Source of the DNA: Nemertoderma westbladi
Lineage: Eukaryota; Animalia; Xenacoelomorpha
Length of the DNA: 34,469 nt
Assembly (NCBI GenBank): GCA_032718475.1
Contig: JAUCBJ010003830.1
Coordinates: 1-34,469, forward strand
Direction: 5' to 3'
Shown: piece after piece, positions 9,771 through 19,650 of the stretch
Layout of the letters: each line of letters opens with the position of its first letter
Numbering within the stretch: the stretch's first letter is position 1
The notes under the pieces: model-generated
What the model was told of the DNA's origin: nothing
Database searches by the model: none
The model's input: only the letters and a program-made list of their open reading frames with translations
Made by a program: the position numbers and the translations under genes

Positions 9771-11438
9771 TATATTATGGAATTATTTGTCAAACAGATC
9801 TATGTAAAATTTTAAAAATATCTAGTTTGAATTCATTTGCATTATTTGTATTAAATTGTTAGGTTCATATGTTTCTAAGAGATTATATTAAGTACTTTTG
9901 CATTTGGTATAGATGACAGCCCAAAAACAGTTGGCCCTGATGTTCGCGCTTTTAGACCTTTAGCAGTTTAACCTGCCAATTTTAGGTGTCTTTTTGTATA
10001 TCAATTATTTAATGTACTGAAGGTACATCAGCCGAAGCCAGTCTGTGCGCGACCATTCACCCACTGTTAAGGGAGACTGGATTCGGATGCTTTGATAGTG
10101 ATTGCAGTGTGTAGACCTACTGTATTATTCGATTGATCGTTAATATATAATCTCTGACAATATATTTACTTTCGGGGAAATATTAACAGTTCCTTTAGGA
10201 GGTGGCGCTTTAAGTATAAAACAGAGTTATGACTTATACTAATCACAACTGGATGGCTACTGAGTTTCGTAAAAAGCGCATTCTTTAGGGGATGCTTTAT
10301 TAACCTTCCCACTACTTCACACGACTTCACACTAGTTCACACTACTGCGCACTGATCTGCCGACCGTCACTGAATTTGATCATATATAAGGAGGATCGCA
10401 ACTGACACATGTAGGGATTATGAAATAGCATTCAATTCACACAAAAACCACTATAATGTAAGTCGCAGTTGCTACCGGTAAACCTGTTCCTCTAACCTTT
10501 AGTAATCAAAGAGATTGGGGTTTTATGATTATTCATCGGTATTCTCCAAATATATCAGCAATATATACCAACATAACACCAATTAATAACAGAATCAAAT
10601 AAAGCGGTGAACAGTCAGTATGTGTAGTTGAATCGCGTTGCGTAGTGCCGCGGTGTGGCGTGTTTCAGTGATTCAGATATGAAGTATGATTTAGTAATGA
10701 TTCAGTTAATAGTTTTACGTTCTTGTGATCAAAGCCATCTGATGTTTCTGAGGTTTAGGTCAAAGTCTGAAACTTCTACAGAATTACAGAAGAATCCTAA
10801 GCCGGTGTTCTGGGCTTAAAAAAGATACACACTGACTGAATTGCGTGTGTTTCTGTAGGCACTATCCAACACAAAGTGAAAATCGCTCTGATTGGCTGAG
10901 CCGAACAAAGAACAAAGAGAGGTTCAGGATCCACGTTGGCAGTAAATCAGCTGACAGATTGCATCATCTGAGTCATCTTTTAGAGTATTAAGCGCATTGC
11001 GGAGAAAATGGCTTGTTATGTCCGCTAAAGCACACATGCAGACATAGCGGGTAAAAATGGCTTGTTATGTCCACTAAAATTAATTGATTGTTAAGAATAA
11101 TTGTTCAGGTAACACTAGATATTTGAACAGTGAGTGCAGTTCATTACACCATTAGGATCAAGAGTTTGAGGTCTCATTAGGGAATGAGGAGGTCTGACCG
11201 AGTATTCCGGAACTCTGATCATAGGTTTATTTAAGGATCGTTTGAGTCGAGCGAGCTCGGGTGATACGTCGAGTTTCGCTCAAAACTCCCGTAAGTATAG
11301 CGAGTAAAACTATGTTTAGCGCAACGTCTCCGCGGATGTTCATGTCTTTCCGTGTGTTGTTTGGGTCTAGGGCATTCATCGTAATAATACTAAAGACGCA
11401 CGTCTTGTAGGGGAAACGCGGGTGATCTTTCTCCAGTT

Positions 11439-11885
11439 TTACAATGTTTCTCTCAAGAATTCCAAATATACGTTGAAGTCACTGCGTTTATCCGGTTTTT
11501 TAACGTCCTTTCTTAAGAGTTGGTTTCGATTAAAATTTTCGTGTTCGAGTCTCAGTTTATCGTTCCGACTCCGCTGGGTATGATATTTAAATAGGATCAT
11601 TTCCCTTTCGATATCTACATCGTCCGTATCGTGTAAATCGATAGGATGACCAGTCGTTAAGAAGTCCATATACGTACCATTACGATGCGTATAGCGAGCG
11701 GTGAATTTTATATAGTCCAATTCAAGCGTGAGCTGTTCCTTGGACATTGGCGGTTCGATATAACGACCATCGTCCTCCGTAGTAGAGGGACCAGCGCCAC
11801 CGCGTACCAAACCACCAACAAACGCTTGCAATGGTAGGGTATATCGCTCCCTGATACCAAGATCATCTTCTATTAACTCAGTCAT
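11439..11885 (-). CDS. Orphan 148-aa protein, intronless
   Basis: ATG-initiated open frame with protein-like composition and higher GC than the flanks; no motif recognised. Confidence 0.45.
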   Translation of the reverse strand: MTELIEDDLGIRERYTLPLQAFVGGLVRGGAGPSTTEDDGRYIEPPMSKEQLTLELDYIKFTARYTHRNGTYMDFLTTGHPIDLHDTDDVDIEREMILFKYHTQRSRNDKLRLEHENFNRNQLLRKDVKKPDKRSDFNVYLEFLRETL

Positions 11886-12257
11886 AGCTGCTATAGGAGT
11901 TTATCAATATTATAATTAATTATAATTAGGCTAGCGGGCGTTGCTGCCTACCCCTCATGGCCCCCGGACAGTGCAAGATCCTCAGCGCTGATGTACTGTC
12001 GCCGCCGTGTCTATCGCCAACATAGTAGCTACACAACGACAACAACAACCAGCGCGAGTCACTCCACTGTCCTTCCCAAGGGCTTAGATTTATTTCAGGT
12101 TCTTGCTACAGAGGTAGGGCTACTTTCACAACTGCGACTCGCTACTGTAAACACACTTTAGTAGTAACATTCACCTATAAACGCACAAATTCCACACAAC
12201 TGTCACAAATTGTACACATTCTGTCACACATTCGGGTCATTTGTCCGTTAGTCAAGT

Positions 12258-12470
12258 GCCTTCCAGAATGTCACGCTATTATTATGTATCCCTGGATACT
12301 AGCAGTGTGCTATTTATTCCGTATGCTATTCAATGGGGCAAGCTTTCTATTGTTCTTTTAACTTGCTTCTAATTCTAGTGTGGTTGTTGCTATGGTGACA
12401 TTATGGAAAGCTAGCAGTAGAATTAGGGTAATTCTCATGCATACAGATCTGGGATGCTATTTAATAGTAA
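12258..12470 (+). ncRNA. Predicted rod-like RNA with loop-to-5' pseudoknot
   Basis: Nested stems GCTATTA/TAATAGT, GTATCCC/GGGATGC, GTATGC/GCATAC, TTCTAATTCTA/TAGAATTAGGG, TTGCTA/TAGCAG. The terminal loop GTGACATTATGGAA is complementary to upstream TTCCAGAATGTCAC. G-U pairs favour the + strand. Confidence 0.5.
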
Positions 12471-12699
12471 TTCTTTAATTGTCAATATTCCCCTTTATAC
12501 ATGATTTTATGAATTTTATCGGCTATTGACTATATATTGGAGATTCTCGCACACTAATATACTCAACAAGGTGAATCTCCGCTCCCATGATCTATTAATT
12601 AATGGAATTTTGGGAATGTTATAAATTGTATAAAATAACAATTTATCAAATTCATAAAAGGATATGAATTTAAATTTATTCCCGTAATTTTTATTATTT

Positions 12700-12831
12700 A
12701 ATATTAAAATAGACGCAATTTTATTCCAGAACATGTCTGAGGACTAGGATCCTTAATTCTAGGAAATTTGTCCTTTTAAGAGTATCGTTAAGTGCTACGA
12801 TATCTTAATCGACTAGAATTTTAAAGGATCT
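12700..12831 (+). ncRNA. Structured RNA motif, copy A
   Basis: Homologous to 16131-16262. Stems GATCCTT-AATTCTAG/CTAGAATT-AAGGATC, TAG(A)CGC/GTGCTA, TATCGT/ACGATA, CAGA/TCTG. Confidence 0.55.
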
Positions 12832-12865
12832 GAATTTTAATAGATTTGGATTTATAGATTTTCTA

Positions 12866-15800
12866 CTACTACTAGGTCGAGCGAACTCGGACAGTGGAAA
12901 TGAGATCCTTCCAGGCTTCCCGATTCTCCATAGTTGTCGCAATTTCGTTTCTACCAAGTTCAGTATCCCTTTCAAGTTGATCTATATATGTTATGGCAGG
13001 TCGTCCACGACTACGCTTTCCATGAGTTGGTTGCCAGAGAAGTAGATCTGGTATGACCTCGTCTTTACTTCGCCAGCAGTGCCCACTGAATCTTAATCTG
13101 CGTTCACGGAGGGTGGTTGATACAGGTGCTATTGTACCATAAAGCTCGGCGTTTGTCATGTGTTGTCTCCAGCTGATGTTTAGGGCTGCCCTTAGTAGTC
13201 TTGTGTAGCAACCATCAATTCGTTGTTCAAGTGATTTAGTCAGTGTCCAGGTCTCACCCCCATATGAAAATACACTTTCCACTGTGGCTCGAAAGAACTT
13301 GGTTTTCAGGTGCCTGGAGAGATCTGATTTCCAGATGGTATCCATTTTTGATAGAGCTACCCAAGCCTTTGCTTTCCTAACTTCTATGTCCTTTTTGCTA
13401 CTCTCTATCCATGATCCAAGGTACTGGAAGTCATCGACCTGCCTTAGTTGATTATTATCAATGGTTGTCAAGTTTCCATCAACATTAAAGGTCATGAATT
13501 CGGTCTTGGTAGCATTTATATGCAATCCAACCTCCTTAGCAGCCCTCTCCACTTTATTTAGTAGAAGCTGTGCATCTGCTAGCGTATTAGAGAGCAGGGC
13601 GATGTCATCCGCAAAGTCGGTGTCTGTGACTGTAGTTGCCGGATATCTACTACTTCTGCGTTCTTGAAGTGTGAATCCCAGATCTTCACCCTTTGTGGCT
13701 GTCCTCATTGCGTAATCCAGCACAATTACAAATAGTAATGGTGCTAATGTGTCACCTTGCAGTACCCCAGCCAGGATTGAGAAAAACTCAGTTTCACCAT
13801 CTGGTGAGAGTACCTGCGCTTCTGTGTCACAATATAGCAATCCAATGCCAGCAACAATTACTTCTGGTATTCCATAAGCTCTTAGGATTTCAAGCATTTT
13901 ACCTCTATGGATGGAGTCGAATGCCTTCTTGAAGTCCACAAAAGTCATGACTGCGGGGAGATTCTTTGACTTAATTCCTTCAATCAGTCTCCGTAGTGCA
14001 AGTATCTGAGCTATTGTTGATCTACTTGGTCGAAATCCGTTTTGGCTCTTACGCAGTAGTTTCTCTATGTGAGGCCTAATCCTATATAGAATCATTTTAT
14101 TGTATATTTTGGCAGCTACCACAAGCAGACAGATCCCACGATAGTTTGTTGGTATGCCGAGGTCTCCTTTCTTGGGGAGAGGCTTTAGTTGACCTTTAGT
14201 CCAAATTGGTGGTGGCTTTTCCCCTTTTAACATCCGGTTGCAAACATTCAATAATGGTCTATTTAGCACTCCGGTTTTCCATACCTCCGCTGGGATTTCA
14301 TCTAATCCACTCGCTTTATTATTGGACATGCTTTTAATGCTTCTTTGGAGTTCGGCAGGTGTGAAGTCCCCTGTTTCTATAGGTAGTGTCTTGTCATATA
14401 TTTTCCTTGTAGGGCTGACCTCGATGTTTGGTGGCTGCCCAAGCAAGTTGCTGAAGTGATTTTTCCACTTCCCAACACGTTCTTCAGGACTATCGGCTTT
14501 GAGGCGCCCCTTTGCACAACTTTTCCGACCAGATACCTCATTTACAGTTTGCCAGGTAAGACTTGATTGTTGCTGTATGTGAGCAGTTGTAATTGCTTCA
14601 GTTTTATCCTGTATGTACTTTTCCTGGCTGATGTTGTAGGCCAATTTAAGATCTTCTCTCTTACAAGTAACCTCAGAGTTTTGCCATGGCACATACTGTT
14701 TTCGTTTAGGTTTCTGGGGGATATGCCTCTTAGCTGATTCCTTGTGGGCTGTTATTATATTCTGGTATATTGAATCGGTGGATTGGTCTTCATCCATTGA
14801 CTGAAGTGCTTCAAAGCGGTTTTGAACTTCTACTGTATAAGCATCCTTTACTGCATTGTCAGTTCTGAGTTTCTCCCAGTCATAGTTGGTTTGCTTGCTT
14901 GTCCTGGGTTTGCTGGCTCTCAAACTGAGTCTGATCTCTGCAGTCACAATTCTGTGGTCCGAACCAATTAGGTTGAACGAGCTGTATGCCTCGCAGTTGA
15001 TCATGCTATTTCTCCACTTTTTGTTTATAAGGATGTAATCCAGTTGTGCTTTGGTTCCATTAGGGTATTGAAAGGTCCATAGCTTCCCCTTAATCTTTTC
15101 GAATGTGTTGTTTGTTGGTATCAATTCACATTCTTCCATTAGGTCTAAAAGTAAGTACCCATTTCTGTTAGAACTGGTGTTATAGGTGTAACCCTTGATG
15201 TCTTCTGGGCCAATTTGCGCATTCAGGTCACCAGCAATGACTTTAACATTGTGTTTCGGGATGTCCTTAATAAGTCCAGTCAGTTCTTCATAAAACTTGA
15301 CTGCTTGTTCTGGCTCTGATACATTGGTTGGACTGTAGCAACATATAACTGTTGTCTTGGGATTCCCATCAAATGTTGCGATCATAACCCTGGAATTTAT
15401 AGATTCGATGTTGTTTAGGGTCTTAAGTGCAAATGGGCTTAGCAGAATTCCTACTCCACCAATTGATGCATTGGCCGAGTTTCTTACTGCTGAGCTTGTT
15501 ACTAACGTCCATCCATTTCCAATGTCATTGTACTTCATGGCAGTGTCTTCATGACAAATCCGATGTTCTTGGATGCAGATGATGTCGATGTTATATTCCA
15601 TTGCCAGAGCGACCATGTCACCCTGTTTGCTCTGTGCTTTCAGCGTGCGTGCGTTCATTGTAGCAATCTTTAGTGTCTTTTTACATTTCAACAGGTTGGT
15701 TCTTCTTTCTTCTCTGTCTTCTGTTCCAGTAGCCAATTTATCGACCCCAGCCTGGTGTACCACTGAGGGACGCGGTCCTTGTTGACCCGGGCGACGACCG

Positions 15801-16052
15801 AGCCGGTATTTCTCCTGGAGGGTTCTCATACTCATATCTTTCAGTTGCGGGGGTAAACCGCTTGTGGTCGCAACTCCTACAAGCGTCTTCGCAGTAGGTC
15901 GCCGTTGGTTGATTACCTTCCGCCGACCTTGTCAGCATGTCTAGCCGTTGGTTGATTACCTTCCGCCTTTCCATGGCCTACAGCCCTGCTGCCGACTGTA
16001 GGGGTCCATTTGTTACACCCTGAACCAAGTGTGCCTCCTGGGTTGGGTTAGG
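12866..16052 (-). mobile_element. Full-length RTE-clade non-LTR retrotransposon
   Basis: 13-bp TSD TATAGATTTTCTA at 12853-12865 and 16053-16065; single APE-RT ORF; short 5' UTR; (TAG)n 3' tail. Confidence 0.95.
12872..15835 (-). CDS. RTE ORF: AP endonuclease plus reverse transcriptase
   Basis: TMNARTL, IQEHR, GDLNA, LDYIL, SDH (APE); YRGICL, QNGFR, FVDFKKAFDS, GVLQGDTLAP, FADD, FQYLGS (RT); C-terminal RRLRFSGH..R and GRP...YID typical of RTE. Confidence 0.95.
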   Translation of the reverse strand: MSMRTLQEKYRLGRRPGQQGPRPSVVHQAGVDKLATGTEDREERRTNLLKCKKTLKIATMNARTLKAQSKQGDMVALAMEYNIDIICIQEHRICHEDTAMKYNDIGNGWTLVTSSAVRNSANASIGGVGILLSPFALKTLNNIESINSRVMIATFDGNPKTTVICCYSPTNVSEPEQAVKFYEELTGLIKDIPKHNVKVIAGDLNAQIGPEDIKGYTYNTSSNRNGYLLLDLMEECELIPTNNTFEKIKGKLWTFQYPNGTKAQLDYILINKKWRNSMINCEAYSSFNLIGSDHRIVTAEIRLSLRASKPRTSKQTNYDWEKLRTDNAVKDAYTVEVQNRFEALQSMDEDQSTDSIYQNIITAHKESAKRHIPQKPKRKQYVPWQNSEVTCKREDLKLAYNISQEKYIQDKTEAITTAHIQQQSSLTWQTVNEVSGRKSCAKGRLKADSPEERVGKWKNHFSNLLGQPPNIEVSPTRKIYDKTLPIETGDFTPAELQRSIKSMSNNKASGLDEIPAEVWKTGVLNRPLLNVCNRMLKGEKPPPIWTKGQLKPLPKKGDLGIPTNYRGICLLVVAAKIYNKMILYRIRPHIEKLLRKSQNGFRPSRSTIAQILALRRLIEGIKSKNLPAVMTFVDFKKAFDSIHRGKMLEILRAYGIPEVIVAGIGLLYCDTEAQVLSPDGETEFFSILAGVLQGDTLAPLLFVIVLDYAMRTATKGEDLGFTLQERRSSRYPATTVTDTDFADDIALLSNTLADAQLLLNKVERAAKEVGLHINATKTEFMTFNVDGNLTTIDNNQLRQVDDFQYLGSWIESSKKDIEVRKAKAWVALSKMDTIWKSDLSRHLKTKFFRATVESVFSYGGETWTLTKSLEQRIDGCYTRLLRAALNISWRQHMTNAELYGTIAPVSTTLRERRLRFSGHCWRSKDEVIPDLLLWQPTHGKRSRGRPAITYIDQLERDTELGRNEIATTMENREAWKDLISTVRVRST

Positions 16053-16130
16053 TATAGATTTTCTAGAGTTAATTTATAAGTATTCACTCTATTATATTTG
16101 TTTAACAGATTTTGTAAATATTAAATTATT

Positions 16131-16262
16131 AATATTTAAGATCGGCACCGAATTATTCCAGAACTTGTCTGGGGATGTTAACCACTGATTCTAGAATTTT
16201 GTCTTTCAAGTATATCGGTGGGTGCCGCGATATCTTAATCGACTAGAATTACAGATGGTCAA
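16131..16262 (+). ncRNA. Structured RNA motif, copy B
   Basis: Homologous to 12700-12831. Stems ACCA-CTG-ATTCTAG/CTAGAAT-CAG-TGGT, CGGCACC/GGTGCCG, ATATCG/CGATAT, CCAGA/TCTGG. Confidence 0.55.
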
Positions 16263-17022
16263 AGGGTTTAACAGATGTATTTTGCGTCGTACGCTACTGT
16301 TAAAGGGACATCACGCTACTATATGTATTATTTAATATACGGTATGAGAGCAATATCGCAAGAAGCAATGTACTGACTGTAGTCACGTATTTATAATATG
16401 ATACGGACAGTAAGGAAAGAGAAAAAGAATTATTTCTCGCCATTGCACTAAATATATAATATAAGTAATTATGTAATAAAACACGAGTATATATTGCACT
16501 AATCTACTAAATAATCGCTAAAATAACATTCCACTAAATAAAATTAAAGAAAACGATTATAATAAAATTACATAATAATACATACATAAATATAAAAATA
16601 ATAAAAACAATTATAAAATAATATAGTCACACTCCACACCCACTCCAGACGCCGTTACGTTGGGGAGTCCCTAGACGTTGGTTGGATTAGGGAGGTGGTC
16701 GTGGGAAGAGTATCTTGCCTTCCATAGTTTCCGGAGTGTTCTCTGTCTCTTTCCAGTAAACATAAACGCGCTTGCGTCCTTCTGGGCTCCTCCCATGCTG
16801 AGGCGCACCCATGAGGCGGACGCTGTCCCACCACCCCTGGGGCCAGTCTGACTCCGTTTTTATCAGACTGGGCCGGAGGGCAGCCCAATGCTTCCCGGGT
16901 TCAATTTTCAATCCCCCGATCACACCGGCACAGCTCGTCGCACGTGTAGCCAGATGGTCGGCTACTGTCAACTTACTGTGGCCTGACTGTACATTGAGCC
17001 AACTCAGAGAGTCAACCGGCGG

Positions 17023-18103
17023 GTGGACCAGTCGATAGCGATCGATAGACGAGAAGCAAAGCGACTGGAAGAAGTCGCTAGACGGGAGAGGATAGAAGCA
17101 GAGGAGAGGGAAGAGGAGGCCAGGACGCAGAGTTACGGCTTCGAGGAACAGGCAGGCTTAGACGAGCTTCATTGGACTTCGTCAGGGAGTTCGGGGGAGT
17201 CTCTAGGGCGAGAACTGGGATGGACGGTGGGATCACCGAAACAGTCGACGTCGGGGTTGCAAGCGATGCCCATACCAGCGGGCGCCGAAGGCGACCAACC
17301 GCCAAGGAAGTTAAGGGAGTTAGAGGGATGGAGAGCTACGGGCGAGAGCCAAGGCGGGAAGGGACATAGTGGATCCATCGGGATACCGGGGTTGGAGCCA
17401 CTGCCAGAGGAGGAGGAGGACGACGACGAGTTCGGAAAGGAGCTGCTTGTACCGGTTCCAGAAGGGAACCTTTTGTCTCTACTGCCGAGAGCCGAGCCAC
17501 AGGATGGGGGCGTGTCCACGGTTGCATAACCGATGTCCAAAGTGCCACTTTCGGGGACACTACGGACGCCAGTGCGACTGGATGGACGACGAGGAGAAGT
17601 TCACAAGATTCGAGGAGTGGGCCGACGTCGGGGCCATGACGCGCCAGCGCATGAAGGCCCAGGAGTTCAAGTGGGGTTTCTTCCTTATCAATCAGGAGGC
17701 TCACATGGAAATCATAAAGCGGAGGCTACCGTTTACCTATCAAGAGGTAGCAATGGCGGCGTCGTATGCCGGAGTGATGAACACACAAAGATATTTGGAC
17801 AGGTGGACGCCACAGAACCGAGGGGAGTTTAGGGATTTCTTGGCGGAGCACGTACCGCAAGCAATGAAGATGATCCTATGGGACGCCACCAGAGGGAGAC
17901 AACAGGGCCACTCTGAGGGGCCACCGGCGAAGCGATATCGGGCACTAATAACACCAGCGCCCAAGGAGCCAACAACCGGAATCAGCAGGGAGGTGGCGGC
18001 GAAGGTCCGAAAGCAGAAAGCGGATCCCAGAGGAGCGGTGGTAACCAAGAAACGACCCAGGGAAGAGGACGCCAGGGGGAACTATCCCCAGAGGAACAGA
18101 TAG
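17023..18103 (+). pseudogene. Frameshifted Gag-like/nucleic-acid-binding protein with two CCHC zinc knuckles
   Basis: CLYCREPSHRMGAC and CPKCHFRGHYGRQC both fit C-x2-C-x4-H-x4-C. The upstream overlapping frame encodes an E/R-rich coiled coil and an acidic tract. Removing one base near 17464 joins the two frames (..VPVPEG|TFCLYC). Confidence 0.55.
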
Positions 18104-19650
18104 GTTCCCAGAGCCGAGGGAGAGAAACTGAGGCTTGGACGTGGTACGCCTGAAAGGCGCCGCATGGGACGTACGAACTATTAAGTACAAATTTAATTAA
18201 TGCAAATAATCATATAAGTGCAATTTGTATGTACGTACGTAGTAATTAGTAATCTACAAATACATACGTTCGGAGTAAGTACTATAGTCATACAACCTTT
18301 CTCAATTAGCTACTGGGACTGGGGGGTAAACTGACTATGGCACTATGGACGAGACACCAGACAATTTCACACTTCTTGAGTGCGACGGCACAAGATGGGG
18401 GGGGGGAGATTCGTCAGGAGGGATGAGGTAGTCAAAGTGGGGTTGAGGGACGCAGTAATAGTGCGAAGTGCGGAGAGAGTGCGGACGCAATTCTAGTGTG
18501 GGGGGGGGGGAGAATAAGAGGCTGAGTGAGGGACGAGGAGGTCCGAGGGTATGAGAGAGTTGGGGTGAGAGTGGAGAAGAGATAGGGCGAAAGTGTTGGG
18601 GAAACAAAAGTCGCGTGAGAGGTGAGCGCGATCGGCCCGACATGAGACGCCAGGCATACAGGGTAGCGTTATCATACCCATAGGGAGCGGCCTGGAAAGC
18701 CGGCTCCGAGAGAAAAGAATTCCACCCCACACCCGATACTAGATCAGGATCCAGCGGGATTGTAGCGCACTTAAGGTGGATGCCATCTTCTCACCGGGAA
18801 GATAGCATGGGGGGGAGCGTTAGCTTATTCAATCCCGCTAACACCCCATAAAGTTAAGCCGACAAGCAATATTGGGAGCCACGAGATTGGGTAATCAACC
18901 AACTCGTGCCACCCCAACAAAATGGGAAGGAAACACACAATGAGGGTCAGGGGCCAAACCCCTAACCCAGAGAGAACAGGTGGAGTGAACGGGAACACTC
19001 CAAAGGGCGCCAACAAGGGTATCAACCAATCAGAGGGGGGAAAGGCATCGATTAGGTAGAGTAACAAGGCCAACCCGTGCAATATAGCCAGTTGGCAGTA
19101 ATCATTTCATTCAGTTATCCCAGTATCATATTGGTGCTAGTTAGGTTAGATAGTTTAGCTAGGGAAGGACCGGGACTTTAGTTACCGTATACCGCCTTCC
19201 GTGTACGACAATCCATATCTATATCTATATCTTTATACCGGTTATTATATACAACGAACGACACGAACTCATTTACTTTTCACACACAGCGGGGACGCGT
19301 AAACTAACACCGGATAAACCGGGATCCTTCCTGGATCCCGTCACATTGCTTGGCAACATGGAGGGGTAATCAATACACCGTTAATGACAATTTAACGGCC
19401 GACTTATTTTCGGGTTGGTTGTATTAATATTAGCATGTTTGTGGATTTGTTTATTTTTTGTAATTATTTTCAAATTTAATCAAAATTATCGTTTTAACCG
19501 GTTTTTTTATGTTGTATATTTTTATTTATAAATTACGACTCTACCTCGAGTGGGAATATTGAGTTACTTTATATAAATTTGCTAGTGTTAGACGTAGAAT
19601 GAAATAAAATGTTTCTTCATTTTTAATTCGACGAATTATATTCTCTGAGT

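Noticed and set aside
10775-10858. Hammerhead or hairpin ribozyme resemblance in a three-stem junction
   Set aside because: The stems are present, but the CUGANGA core and hairpin-ribozyme loop consensus are not met. Kept only as generic structure.
12516-12734. 72-aa minus-strand ORF
   Set aside because: AT-rich, low-information peptide overlapping the structured tract; the ATG is not conserved in copy B.
12737-12766. Hammerhead-like core CTGAGGA-stem-GAAA in motif copy A
   Set aside because: No convincing stem I/III with a UH cleavage site, and copy B reads CTGGGGA and lacks GAAA.
13461-15785. Short plus-strand ORFs inside the RTE
   Set aside because: Antisense shadows of the RTE ORF.
16041-16052. 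Telomeric repeat at the RTE 5' end
   Set aside because: Only about two imperfect units (GGTTGGGTTAGG), too short to call.
19320-19355. Helitron 3' end at the GC hairpin
   Set aside because: The hairpin is followed by CTTG rather than CTRR, and no matching 5' TC end was identified.
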